Assembly: GCF_025612915.1 (NCBI RefSeq) | Contig: NC_069115.1 | Coordinates: forward strand, 25,791,757-25,855,756 | Reading direction: 5' to 3' | Length of the DNA stretch: 64,000 nt | Source of the DNA: Crassostrea angulata | Taxonomy: Eukaryota | In this document: piece by piece, positions 11,915-24,900 of the stretch | Position numbering within the stretch: position 1 is the first letter of the stretch | Layout of the letters: each line of letters starts with the position of its first letter | Translations under genes and position numbers: made by a program | Notes under the pieces: generated by a model | Databases searched by the model: none | Told to the model about the DNA's origin: nothing | Seen by the model: the letters and a program-made list of their open reading frames with translations, nothing else

Positions 11915-12775
11915 GTTAAAGCTGACATGAATTCATAAAAGCATTTGGTCGCCATATTAGTTTAGATCGCTTCTTTACTGCCACTGGGGTATATATACTG
12001 GTTGAGAAAGTTACGGTCGGTTGCTTTCCGATCGAGGCATTCACGTTGCACGGACTTCTAAATGCATGAACTACACATTGTTTATGTAGTAAAATGTAGT
12101 AATAAAGAATAAAGAAAACAACAATCAATGAAAAACCAAATATATTTTATTCTTAGAAAGGATGTCCAAGGTATCTGTATTATTTTGCACAGACAGTGCT
12201 GCCTTACCTCGCATGCACATCGAACATGTGTGTCGTTCATACAGAGTGCATAACGTCTGCATCTTCTTGAAAACTCTGGCGACACTACATCCAACACAGT
12301 AGCTAAATGATAGTAAATCCAAGAAAGTAACAACGTTTCTATCCGTTCCTACAAAAACTCCCCGTTTATAAAATCCATGCGATAATTGACATTGCTCGAT
12401 CTGTCACAGTGTGTTATTTGCGCATGTGCGATGTTATAACATACACAAGAAAACGGTCTACAATTATCGAGGAATTTCTGAAGTATCTGCGCCTGGATAT
12501 CAGTCTGTCTTGTTTCGTCGTTTATTGGATATATCTTGCCAGTGAAGTGGTTGTCATATTATTTTTGTTCAAAACACGTTTCACGAGTCTTTTCGTCCAA
12601 GGTAACGTGTTCGGGTGTATGAAATTCCTGAATGCGGTGAAGCATGACGAGGGCTCTCGGCCTTATATAGGGGGTGTGTAGCGATGAGCAGAACATAAAA
12701 ATCGACAACTAATATGGCAGTAGTCGGAGAAAAAAGGGAAGTAGTGCGTATTTATGAATTCATGTCAGCTTTAAG
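11915..12775. mobile_element. TIR element of about 860 bp with about 45 bp imperfect terminal inverted repeats (ttaaagctgacatgaattcataaa...gccatatt)
   Basis: The reverse complement of 12748-12771 equals 11918-11941. Both arms continue to gccatatt. Confidence 0.5.
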
Positions 12776-12874
12776 ACTTTGTCTCCAGGACAATTCTTTT
12801 GCCTCACAATTTAGAAGGTTCAGAGTTTGATGTAGCTTTATATCCCATATATAAACAATTGTTAAGGATCTTTT

Positions 12875-12890
12875 TAGCTCACCTGAGCCA

Positions 12891-12922
<32 letters not shown>

Positions 12923-13631
12923 GTCCGTTGTCTGTTGTTGTCGGCGTAGTCATCGTCGTCGTCGTTGTCGTCATCATAAACTTTTCACATTTTCATCTTC
13001 TAATCAAGAACCACTGGGCAGATCTTAAACAAATTTGGCACAAAGCACCACTAGGTAAAGGGGATTCAAGTTTGTTCAAATCATGGTCCCCGGGGGTAGG
13101 GTGGGGCCACAATTGGGGGATAAATTTTTATACAGGAATATATGGAGAAAATCTTTAAAAATCTTCTTTTTAAAGACTATTTGGCCAGAAAAGCTTAAAC
13201 TTGTGTAGAGGCATCATCGGGTAGTGTAAATTCAAGTTTTCAAAATCACAGTCCCTAGTGGTAGGGCGGGGCTGTGATGGCGGTTTTACATAGGAATATA
13301 TCGAGAAAATTTTTAAAAATATTCTGGGAAAGTTTTGCAGATTTATGTTTGATTGAACCATGATTCCCTAGAGAAAAGTGGGGCCATGAAATGAGGGGGG
13401 GGGGGGGGGGGGTATATAGGAATAGAGAAAAATCTTCTTACAGGTACAACAAAAGGGGCTTGGTATTTACCAAAAAAAAGGAGGTGGATAAAAATTGGCA
13501 GATTTTCAAATTTTTTAAGAAAGATCTACTGTACTAAGTTGTCAAGATATTTTGATACTGTAATGCTAATTTGATCTGAATTTAGGCAATTGTTGCTCAG
13601 GTGAGCGATGTGGCCCTTGGGCCTCTTGTTT
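12875..13631 (+). mobile_element. Family A composite element (pearl or Helentron-like): head, (GTCR)n-like tract, about 4 satellite monomers, then a tail. It is inserted into a family B element.
   Basis: Head is tagctcacctgagccaaaggctcaagtgagcttttctgatcac. Tail is ...gttgctcaggtgagcgatgtggcccttgggcctcttgtt. Empty paralogous sites at 3161-3166 and 41241-41246 show a precise insertion without target-site duplication. Confidence 0.7.
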
Positions 13632-13831
13632 GAGAACTGCAATACTCAACATGTGATATGATTATAAAATCATCCTATTAGAAAAGGGACTAATAACTAT
13701 AAACATAAGAATATCCAGGGGGGAAAATGGATTTTATTTATACAGGATCTACATGTATTATTGTACCGGTACATTGTCCAGATTGTTTGTATTATGACTC
13801 CATTAAACTGATTTTATCATACCTATTGTAC

Positions 13832-13863
<32 letters not shown>

Positions 13864-14299
13864 ATTTTAGTATCTGTTGTATTTGGTAACACTGAATGTC
13901 TGACAACCAAACATAACACCGTCAAACCAACAGACTTATCTTACAGGTACACAGAAGACAGCAACTCGCGTGTAAATTCGGAATTTCGGATTTATCACGA
14001 TTGCGCTAACATTACAAAAAATATAACTTTAAATTCAAACTCTGCATTGCTGCCATTATATATGCACAGTAAAGTTGTTAAGTACAGGCATGTAGCATCG
14101 TTTTTTAAAGGAAATAGGACAGAATAATCTGAAATCAGGACAAGCAAAAAGAAGAGACTCCTTATAAATTCAATTTTTTTTAGGTCACCCTGAATTTACT
14201 ATTGCTGTCCGTTTTCGTCCGCCGTCATGCATTAACAATTTACATTTCTAACTTCTTCTTAAAAACTACAAGGCTGATTGTTACCATTTTTGGTGTAAG

Positions 14300-15280
14300 G
14301 CATCTCTTTGGTAAGAGGAATCTAAATTGTGAAATTCATGTCTCTACCACCCCCAGGGCACCACATGTGGGGCCAAATATGCAAAAAAATAGCCAAATTT
14401 TCAAAAATCTTCTTCTCTACTCCCACACATGTGAGGAAAAAAGTGGTTACATAGTTATGATGTCCATGAATCCCTTAAACCAAAATTGTGAAATTCATGG
14501 CCCCTGGGTCAGGGGTTTTGGCTTTAGGGTGGGGCCAATATGCCCATATTGTAAAAATGTATTAAATCTTCTTCTCTACTACCAAAGATATTTGTTAAAA
14601 ACTAAATACATGATTATGATGTCCATGAAGCCTTCTACTTAAATTGTGAAATTCATGACCCTGTGTCAGGGGTTCAGGCTCGAGGAGGGGGGGGGGGGGA
14701 TATGGCCATATAGTAAAAATGTATTAATTTTTAGAAAATCTCTTCTCTACTCCCATATATATTTGTTAAAAACTAAATGCATGGTTATGATGAACATGAG
14801 GCCCTCTACCAAATTGTGAAATGCATGACCCCTGGGTCAGGGGTTCAGGCTAAAGGGTGGGGCCAATATGGCCATATAGTAAAAATGTGTTTAATCTTAG
14901 AAAATCTTCTCTACTCCCATATAACTCCACTAACTCCTCTACCTCAATTGGGAAATTCATGGCCCTTGGGTCAGGGGTTTAGAACATGAGGGGGGGGGGG
15001 CAATATGGCAATATAGTGTTAATGCATATGTTTTAAAATGTTCTTCTTTATTCTCACACATCTGTATAAAAAACTAACTTATAATTACGTTTACCAGGAA
15101 GTTCTAGTCTACTGAAATTTTAATTTTCATGTCCCCTGGAGTATGGGTTTTGACTCTAGGGCAGGGCGGAAATGGATGTAGAGCGCTAAGAGGTGTTGAT
15201 GCATATAATGTTAAAAAATTATCTTCTTTACTCCCACACACCTGAAAGGAAAACTGAATTCATGGTTTTGTAGACCAGAT
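14300..15280 (+). repeat. Family E satellite of about 7 units of roughly 150 bp, distantly related to family A
   Basis: Repeated attgtgaaattcatg.cccctgggtcaggggtt...gggtggggccaatatggccatat.gtaaaaatg...cttctctactccca. Confidence 0.75.
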
Positions 15281-16199
15281 CTTTAAGTTTTTCGCCAAAA
15301 TTATAGGTTTTACAGTTATTTTTGAAAGATTGCAGGCAGAGAGGTGGTCGTCATTACAAATTTATAATTTTTCTAATCCAGAATGAAACTTAATTAGTTA
15401 GATGCATATATGAGACTCCGCGAAAAGTTTGTGTATGGGTTATATGCTACGCAGGTGACTGTTAAGGCCAATATGCCTCTTGTTTTACTTGTAAACTTAA
15501 AAATTTTACCATTGGAGGAGAGGTTTGGAATTTGACTGCGTTGATTTAACTATAAACAAAGTGGCCAGCTATTGTAAGACAAGTTGCTGTCCTTTAAAAA
15601 AGGACTGCAATACGTGGACCATATGCATGTGTTTCCAACGAAAACGTGAAAGCCTTAAGATTATCAGATATTCCACCGACTCTAGCCGCCTACTTTTAAC
15701 CACTAAATTTGTACGTTGTATTACGTAAATGTATAACCCTGACTTTTTATCTCAGAATTTATAGGGTGCATACTACTAAAATAATTATGATCTATATTAA
15801 TGAAGATTGCATGTAAAGTATCAGGCATTCGGCGAATTCTACTATTTGCCCACACATTACGTTTCGCACTACTTTGTTTTATAAAACTATGCAGTGACAG
15901 CTTTGTGTAAATTAATTTCATATTTTGATGCATTTTTCTTGAAATTTTAACTTCTATACAGTGCCATAATTATTCAATCATCTATTATATACAGTTACAT
16001 AATTATTCAATCATACTTAAGTGCTTAAAAATTTTTAATCGGGAAGTACTTTAGCCTCGCCTACTATAAAAGTAAAGTTAAGCTACTTGTGTTATTCGGA
16101 AAACAACAAAACATTGCAAATTATGCTATTTGATGCCTGTTGTAGTAACGGCATAACATTAACTTATTTCATAATACTGACAGTTTATATCACAAGCCG

Positions 16200-19100
16200 A
16201 ACATTTCTTTAAAAGGAATTCTTTGTTTCTGTACTGTTTACCGACAACCTTACATTTACAGGTTTGAAAACATCATTCTCAAATATTGTAATATCAACAC
16301 CGTGTGAGAATGGATCGGTCTTGGACATTCTCAACCTCAGGACAAAACAATTACATCCAAAGCTAACATCAAAATTTTTTTTGAAAATGTACAGAGTTTG
16401 CTTTTTTACAAGTAATTTCACCACATCTAAGAAACCCGAAAAAAAGGCACAGGAGAACATACATTTCAACATCAGATCTAGAAATGGAGAAAAAGCTCCA
16501 TTGTCAAGTTCATGCCACAGTTGTTTCAATATACTGGCAATAATTAGGTAATCTGTTGTTAGAGACATTGTTTTGAGACTTTTTCACCCCTCGCAAAACA
16601 TACTGTAGCTGGTTAAAGTTATTCATAAAATCTCCATGACCTGCTCTAATATAGTAAAACCATTACTAAATAACCTGCTAAATACAATTTGATAGTGTCA
16701 TACTTGAGTTTTAAAACAGATTTACAATGAGTGACAAAATACATTTTAAGCAAAGTTTCATTTACTATTGGAAGACAGTAGGATTAAAACACAATTCCAC
16801 TCATAGAAATGAATGTCAGAAAACATTGTAACGCTGAACTGTAGGCCCTCTTGGTTGAACTGCTTAAGGATGCATCCCATAATTGGTTTAACTGCTCCCT
16901 CAGTCCTTCATTAGCTGCGAATGTTCCAGGCATTGTGTTGGCATCAGGTCGGCTTCTGGTGCCAGGGTTCGAAACTTCTACATCTGGTACGAGAGAGAGA
17001 GTCAGCAATAGTGTTCTTGACGCCATCAATATGAACAGCATGAATGATATAATGGTTACAGGCTGCATGAAAGGTTTAAGTTCTCATTAGTTTCATTATG
17101 CTTTTAACTTTTGAGCATCCTTTCCTAATAATGTCAACAGTTGTTTGGTTGTCACAATGAAAAAGAATGAGTTTCCTTGGCCAAGTATCACCCCACAGAA
17201 GACAGGCCATAACGATAGGATATAGCTCAAAAAGAACCATCGATGTGTTTTCCTTGGAAATGTTGTCAGGGAAATCTCCTTGAAACCACTTATTTTGGTA
17301 AAAGCCTCCAAAGGATGTAAGGGTTGCGTCTGTAAACAACTGCATATCCGCAGCCTCTGTCATGTTATCGTCGATGAAAAAGGACACTCCATTCCAGCTT
17401 TTTAAGAAATCTGACCACATAGCAAGGTTGTCCCTACACATACTGTCTAAGTGGACATGGAAATGAAGCGGCTCCTCTGTGGTTGATGAGGCTATCAGGT
17501 GAGAAATGAAAGATCGACCTGGCAGAACAACTCTGCAAGCAAAATTGAGGTGTCCCAGCAAATTGAGCAATTCTCTCTTTGTACATGATTTGCGTGTTTT
17601 GAAGGAATTACCGATAGATAAGATATGATCAATCTTCTCCGACAGTAAATGGGCTTCCATGTTCCAGGAGTCTAATATTATCCCAAGGTATTCTAGTTCT
17701 GTACAAGGTCCTTTGGTTTTCTTCTCCGATAGAGGAATCCCGAGGGTTCTAAATACCAGTATCCCCAGGAGTCTCTCCATCACTTTATGAGCATCATCAA
17801 ATAGTGGGACCACAACTAGGAAGTCATCCAACAGGTGCAGCACATTTGGTATGATATCTTGTATTTTTTCTCTGCAATCCAACACACAGCGGAAGACAGG
17901 GCATCAAAGATCTTTGGACTTGATCTGCTTCCAAAGACAAGGCGCTTGAAAAAATAGTATTTATCATCCCACTTAATTCCATGATATGGCCATAACTCTT
18001 ATGATATAGGCATGATATTGAAGGCATCAGTAATGTCGGTTTTAATAAGTGATGCTCCTTTCCCGCATAATTTAATTATAGTCTAATAGCATAATGGACC
18101 ATACAAGTAACCTAGGTTTAGTTCTTAGTTTACGATCTCTGTAACGCTGTCCGAGTTTAATGAAGCTGACTTTAGATTTTTGCATTCCAGAGAATTCTTT
18201 GGAAGATCCTGAAAGCCAGTATGAAAGCCAAAACGTAAACCATTCATAAGATATTCTGTAAATTGGGTGTCGGGATGATGTTGTAGAAGATTTTGAAGAC
18301 TGTCTATGTTGATGGGAGTTGTTACTTATTATCGAAACTGGATGTTACATCTTTTTGAAAGCCCCATTTGTGTGGGGCTGCTGGGATTTTTTGAGCTGCA
18401 ATTGTGTTAAGAGTGGTCTCCTCTGCAACTGATGCAGATGTGGGCGTTCTTGCATCTAGGTATGTGACAGCCTCTGAAGCCATTGAAGTTGTTACATATT
18501 TCTCTACCTTCATGAAATTCTCTCCGACGTCCATAAAAATCCATGTCCCCATTTCTCTTATCCCTAACTTTGTCGGTAATAGGGCAAAAGCCTGTAGAGT
18601 GCAGCGTACTGTTGCAGGTTGCACATGACTGCGGTCTGGCATTCGCAAACAAATTACAAAATAAAGTGTTATTCCACACAGACTAGTCAATGAGAATGTT
18701 ATTATACTTAAGATGTGAAGCGGCCATAAGACTGAATTGACGATGATATTCGTAGAACCCATTGCCTGTGTAGCCGGTAGCCATGTCAATGATATCCCTA
18801 TCATACAAATCTAACTCCTGTCTTCTTTGGGGATATGCTTGACACATTATATTTTTGTAAATTCCGAAAGCTTGAATGAACTCACCGATGTTTAGCAACT
18901 TCTGCAGTCGTTTATCCGGCTTCTTGTCATCTTTTTCGTCAGGGGGAGAGAAATATGGTATTAACAAGGATGCTAAATTGACATCCTTACCTGATGTAAT
19001 TTGGAGGCACAGATGAGGCGAGATGGTCTCTACCAGAAGGAGAGATTCTGCTGCGAATCCGAATCTCGTCCTCTTCAATTCCGGGCCCTGTGTTGGCAAT

Positions 19101-19480
19101 CCTGCAGCTGCCACGGAAATAGGGCAAAGGCCGTGTCCAGTGTGAAAGAAGACTAGGGATTCATTGTGGTTGTAGTTGAATTCGCCGGAGTTTGGCTTCC
19201 TTGTTCATCATTATTCCTTGCAGTCGACGATGGATGTATAGCAGTTGCATGCAACGAGTTCACTCGTGATGTAAGATGTACTACATTTTGTTGCAGCGAC
19301 TGCACTGTTGAAGATAATTTCGACTCGAGATCGATTACCGTATTTTTCCGACGATTAGTCGGTATTTTTTTCATCTGAAGCAGAGCACCCGACTTATCGT
19401 CTTGTTCGACTTGTCGTAGGCTCGTAGTCAGAAATTTTTTAAAAATAGCATTAAAAATCTTGGTTTTAATCATCTTGAGT
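16200..19480 (-). mobile_element. Degenerate DIRS-like retroelement of the tyrosine-recombinase class
   Basis: The ORF at 17076-17885 carries the RT motif LLDDFLVV, then YLGIILDS, then an RNase H segment (FTDATLTSFGG ... HCDNQTTVDIIRKG). The ORF at 16784-17068 carries a tyrosine-recombinase N-terminal motif (STKRAYSSALQCFLTF). A Gag-like ORF lies at 18683-19114, and a Cys/His knuckle (CKNAHICISCRGDH) lies at 18407-18679. The element is fragmented by frameshifts. Confidence 0.55.
17076..17885 (-). pseudogene. RT plus RNase H fragment of DIRS-like element 1
   Basis: RT and RNase H motifs as listed for the element above. Confidence 0.55.
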
Positions 19481-20711
19481 TGGCTGTGTGATTGAAAATT
19501 ACGTTGTTGAATTCACTGTTCATCTTTAATAATTATCATTTTCACTCATCTGTCAACACTTAAATACATAATAATAACAACAGTTATTAAAAAATATTAC
19601 ATTGTCGTTTATCAATTAAAAGTTTTACCGTTCCGTTTTTATAAACACATCGTCACATGGTTCTATGTATCACTAGTAGGAAGATAACATTGCGCAGTAA
19701 AATTGAAACCAAGTTTGAATGGAAGAAAATATTGCAGTAGGTCCGGGGGATGTTTTTTTAAATTTAATTATTTTATTTGTAAAGAGTTGTTAGTGGAAAG
19801 TATAAATCAGAAATATTTAATGGTCAAATTCAATCTTAAAATACGTAATCGGCAATTATCAATACTACTGTTTATACAATAGGCTGACACCGGTTGTGTT
19901 AATAATTTTGCCTTAAGGCTGAGATCTTTACGGCAATTTCACTACCTGTGTATATAAAGAGTACCGTTATAAGAGTGATTATAGTTCATTGATTATTTAT
20001 TGTCCAATTCTTTGATTATTGTTAGATAATTTTTTTAGGAAACGTATGTATGTCGTATATCGTCATTATCAAGTCGTACAAATGATCGATCTATTTCTAA
20101 CAGTGTCTATGTAAAACAATAGCGTGTAACTGCATTACTGGATACAAAGAAAACAAGTTTCATCAAATCATAGTAATTGCTAAGCTTTCTGCACTTGAGA
20201 TCCCCCTTTGAAGTCCGACACGAGACAGGTGCATGCCTATGACACCGGAAATTGTTAAACAAACATTGACCACGCGCCGAGTCAACAGGTGGCTGGTTAC
20301 GTAATGGCGAATACACTGGCGATAGTCAGAGTGGATACTTATTTTAATGCTTGGGAATAAAATATTTCTGACAAAGTAAGTTAAGTTTTGCATAACACGC
20401 GATATCGGGAATTGTTTAAAATGCAAGCGACTTTGTAGAAGTTGCCGGTATTTGAAAATTTGATGCATAAGTATAAAGCGTAATTGTTTAAATGTTAATC
20501 ATTAATAATAATTGGTAGCAATATCGGTGACATCGTGGCATCATACACTGATAATGTTACTGCAGTTTTATAGGCCATTTTGAAGTGATAAGATCGACGT
20601 ATGGTCTGAGATCGACGTATCATAGGATTTTGTTAAAATTTTGGCTAAAAATGGGCAATTCGACGAGTCGTCCGCATCGACGAGTCGTCGGGAAAATACG
20701 GTAGTACACTG

Positions 20712-20830
20712 TGATCGCCATTGTTGTTTTGGTGTAGGGCATCACGGGATTGCCTATCATTCGAGTCGCCATTGATGTTTTGGTGTGAAGGATCATGGGA
20801 ACGCGCACTATCATTCGAAGTTCTTTTTAT
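20712..20830. repeat. Tandem roughly 60 bp repeat of two copies. Short tandem motifs lie nearby (gatcgacgtat x2 and cgacgagtcgtc x2).
   Basis: cgccattg.tgttttggtgta....atca.ggga......a.tatcattcgag appears twice. Confidence 0.6.
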
Positions 20831-21586
20831 AGAACTCTCTGTACATACCAACTAACGCCGATCTTCGTGCGTTAGAGGAGTATGCGATTCCGCGAGAATC
20901 CAAAGCTTCCTTTAGTCTTGCTGCCGTCCAATTCACTGGCAAGTCTGGATTGTATGGCGCGGGTCGGGACGCTCTTTTAGGCCCCATGACTTCTTGTAAG
21001 CACAAAACTCAGTTCACAAAGTATCTCATAAGTTACGTAGTTATGTACCTCGGCAAATACACACTTACTGCATTAATCCATAATAGCACACCAGTACAAA
21101 TAGTAAAGGTAGGAGTAGATTTGAATGAAAATAATAGCTTCTTAATCAAGCATCTTCACAATTGCTTCTTCTTCTAAACAATCAACATAAATACCAGACT
21201 CCCCCCTGTAGGTATCAATCCCCTGATTACTCTTATCTAATGCATGTTATTAGTACATTGTAACACTGACCAACTTTGTAGATAGAAATATTGCCCAACA
21301 ACAGGCTAAGCATGTAATTTGATCCACGCAGCTATAATTGTTAAATCACAGATTTTGCGGACTTAAAAAAACAATAGTCAGAATGACATTTTTTTCATAT
21401 CATGGAAGAACAACGTGGTCTATCTCGCGGGCTGATTTGATTGACAGGGATAGCACGTGGACCCTGACTGCATATATTCTATCACAATTTTAGGGAAAAG
21501 GGTTCAATATAATGGAAACTATAAATCTAATCTAACTTATTACACTGAATTACAAGTAAAATGTACTTAAATTAAACTCATACTGG

Positions 21587-21592
<6 letters not shown>

Positions 21593-21632
<40 letters not shown>
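21593..21632. repeat. (CT)20 microsatellite
   Basis: Visible directly in the sequence. Confidence 0.95.
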
Positions 21633-21635
<3 letters not shown>

Positions 21636-21959
21636 ATGACGATCATTAAACAATCAAACAGTAATTATTGCAATACTGAGTAGTTTCTTGGAACACAAAT
21701 AATTTCTAAACTCAAGTTGCTATAAAGATGAAATAAAAAAATTATCAAGTACCGATCCACGGATTCTAAGCGCTATGAATATGTACCGTGCGGTACTACA
21801 TGGACAAGTACATCACACATATGTATAAAAGAAAGAAAATTTGAAAATATATTAGATATAAAGCTGTATAATTATATTATTTAGAGAAAGTACATTTGTT
21901 TTCAACAACCCATTAAATTTGTTATCGTTGAATAGAGTATAAGTGAGAAAAGATCACAG

Positions 21960-24900
21960 TTATGGTTCTATGCACTATTAAAACTGCCAAACAACAGCAA
22001 CTACGATTACTACTACGTTTAAAACGGACTGAAACAAAAACTTCTGGAACCATTTATTTAAATTTTAAAAAAGGAAAAGAAAGTGTTAGTGTTTTAATTG
22101 ATCAAACCTTTCCAGGTACTCCCCTGGAAGAGTTATTTCCCTCTCCAAACACCATTGCCAAATCTGACTTGCAAGACTTATCAACTTCTTTGATTTTGTA
22201 CCCCCAATGTTGTTTATGTATGCTATCGCTACTTTGTTGTGCGATTGCAATAGTGCGTGCTTTTTTAAAATTTTCGACTGAAAACAATGAATTGCTAAAA
22301 ATGCTGCTTTGAGCTCTAACTCGTTTATGTGCTGATCTCTTTCGTTTTCCATCCAAAGACCGCCCGTTTTTGTATTTTGACAAATTGCACCTCAACCTCT
22401 CAGGCTTGCATCTGATTTGACAATAATGTTTGGTTGGGGACGGACTAAAGCTCTCCCGTTCCATTTGCTTAGTTTTGAAGACCACCATATTAGTTCTTGT
22501 TTCGAATCCTCGTCTAATTGTACATGATGCTCGTAATTCCCTCCGGTATGCAGGGCTCTTGTTTTTAATAACTTGAGACTACTGTAATGAAGAGGTGAGG
22601 GTAGAACCCCTTGATTTGTAGCTGTCAGACGTCCTATTATTAGGGCCCCGCAAGGATTTGCGGGTGCCCTATAGTAATCACTCTGTCCGTCCGTCCTTCT
22701 GTCCGTCCGTCCGTCTGTCACTCTTCCGTCCACAAATTTCCTGTTTTTTTCTAATAACTTTTTTTATGGTTGCCCAATCAAGTTCAAATTTGGTATGGTA
22801 GTTCAGTAGGCAGAAATACATATTTTGATGCTAAGTTTGGTTCTCTATGTCTTCTGGTTTGGAGCTGGGGTGGTGGGGTAGATTCATAACTATGCATAAG
22901 AAGAATGGGCAAAGAGAGATAACTGCTGAGAATGAATGGGCAAAGAGAGATAACTGCTGAGAATGTTACCATTGTATACATGGAAGGCTGTGCAATATTT
23001 GTCCTTTGGGATTAATTAACCTTCCACAGGAAGAAAATCCTAAGCTTTATCTTTATCTGTCACATTGAGATTAATTACTGCACTGCCTGTGTCTGCAAAT
23101 GAACTTTGTTTTGAAGTTAAGGTCAATTTTGAATGATGTGTAGTATTGTGTACATTCTTTGAAATATGGATTTGAAATATAATATTCATATTTTTGGGGG
23201 TTAAAATACCGTACACAATGATTTATGATAGTTTTATTGAATAGAGGCAAAGCCTAGGTATCATTGCATTGGTATCAATTCTTTGTTTTTTTAACAAATT
23301 TTATTTCATCCCATGTTAACCCACTTTATCCCGTGGATATGACTCATTGGATATTTTTTTGATATTCCAGAGTTGTGACTTTACAATGGGATTTGCCTAG
23401 GCATAATGAAGTAAAAATAATGTAGAGTTTTATAAACAGTGTAAACATTGATTGCGGTGTATAAAATATGGGATAAATAGAATCTCATGATTTGTAGTAT
23501 AATATGATTTTTATCCAACTTGTGTGTTTTATCCCCTCACTAAGGCTCAAGAAAAAAACACTTTAATTGTTGGATGAAAATCATATCCAACTACAAATCA
23601 CGAGATCCTATATATTCCAGTTCTTTACATCTTCTGCCGGGCATTTATTTTTCATCATTGTTAATATAAAGAGGATGGAATTCAAAGTTTTTTTCACTTC
23701 TCTATATTAATTGTCATAGCGGGGCCCTTCCTGACTGGTCAGTTTTCTAGTTTGGGCTAGATCCCGAGCAGAGACAGACTGACGACTCACAAGATCTAAG
23801 CAATTCTGCTTTATCTTTATCACCTTTTCTTTTGGGAGAGAGAGGGTCATTGTTTCTGAGTTTACAGTGAATCCCAGAAATTCAGTTACATGTGAAGGGA
23901 CTAGAACTAACTTTTCCTGATTGATCAAAAACCCTAGATTCTCTAAGAGATAGACAGCTGTTGACAGATCTGATTGAATGCCTGTGAGAGGTAAACACAC
24001 GTGGTGCTATTGCAATTCCAAATGGAAGGGATGTATTAAACTCCATTATTTTGTTTTTCCAAAAAAATTTCAGAAATTTTCGAAATTTCTCTGCCACGTT
24101 TATTGTCAGGTACGCATCTTTTAAATCTAGTTTTACTAACCAATCTCCCTCTTCCATGAGATCTCTTAACAGCTGTATCCCCTCCATTTTGAAATGCTCG
24201 TAAGGGAGAAAACTGTTCAGATTTTTTAGATTTATTACAGGCCTTAACTCGCCCCCCTTCTTCATTACCAAAAATACGTTGCTGTAAAAGGAATCGCTTG
24301 TGGGAGTTGTCTCCCGTACCGCATTTTTCAACACTTAATTCTCTATTTCGGAATCTATCAAAATCTGTTTCTCTGATTTGAATTTCGATGGAATCGGAAT
24401 TTTTCCCTTGAAAGGATTTGATAATATGGGAATTTCTATCCCTTTGATTGATTGAAGGATCCAAGGATCCCGTGTAATTACTTTCCAATTCTGATAGAAA
24501 TGTTTTACACGTCCCCCAACTGGCACTGACTGGGGAATTTCTACAGCATTGAAAAACAGGAATTTTGATAGATTCCGATCGATCTCTGATAATTCTACCC
24601 GTTTTAGACTCACCTGATTCACTGAGTGACTGATTTCTTGGGAGGTACTGTATATTTCTGGTTTGCTCCCTGACCCTTGAATTGTGGGTACTTTGTGTAT
24701 CTCTGATTCTGAGTGAACTGCCTCCTGTCTGTCTGTCTGCGACCCCCATACTGGAGGCTTGATGAGGGTCTCTGTAGAAAAAACTGGCGGTTTCTGTCAG
24801 AAAACTGTCTTGTTTGTGACCAAACTTTCTTATCACTGCCATTAAACAATAGCTGTTTTAATTCTTTATTATCTTTGTTATCTTTCGCTAATTGTTTAAG

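Noticed and set aside
12928-13158. Short ORFs inside satellite arrays and repeat heads, for example 12928-13158, 13170-13361, 28422-28679, 63484-63871 and 14202-14642
   Set aside because: They are translations of tandem repeats and microsatellites (for example VVVVVVI from the GTC-rich tract). The same ORFs recur wherever the repeat occurs, and no protein motifs are present.
19860-19960. TATA-box promoter (tatataaag at about 19951)
   Set aside because: It is isolated in AT-rich DNA with no downstream ORF or exon evidence. It is a chance match.
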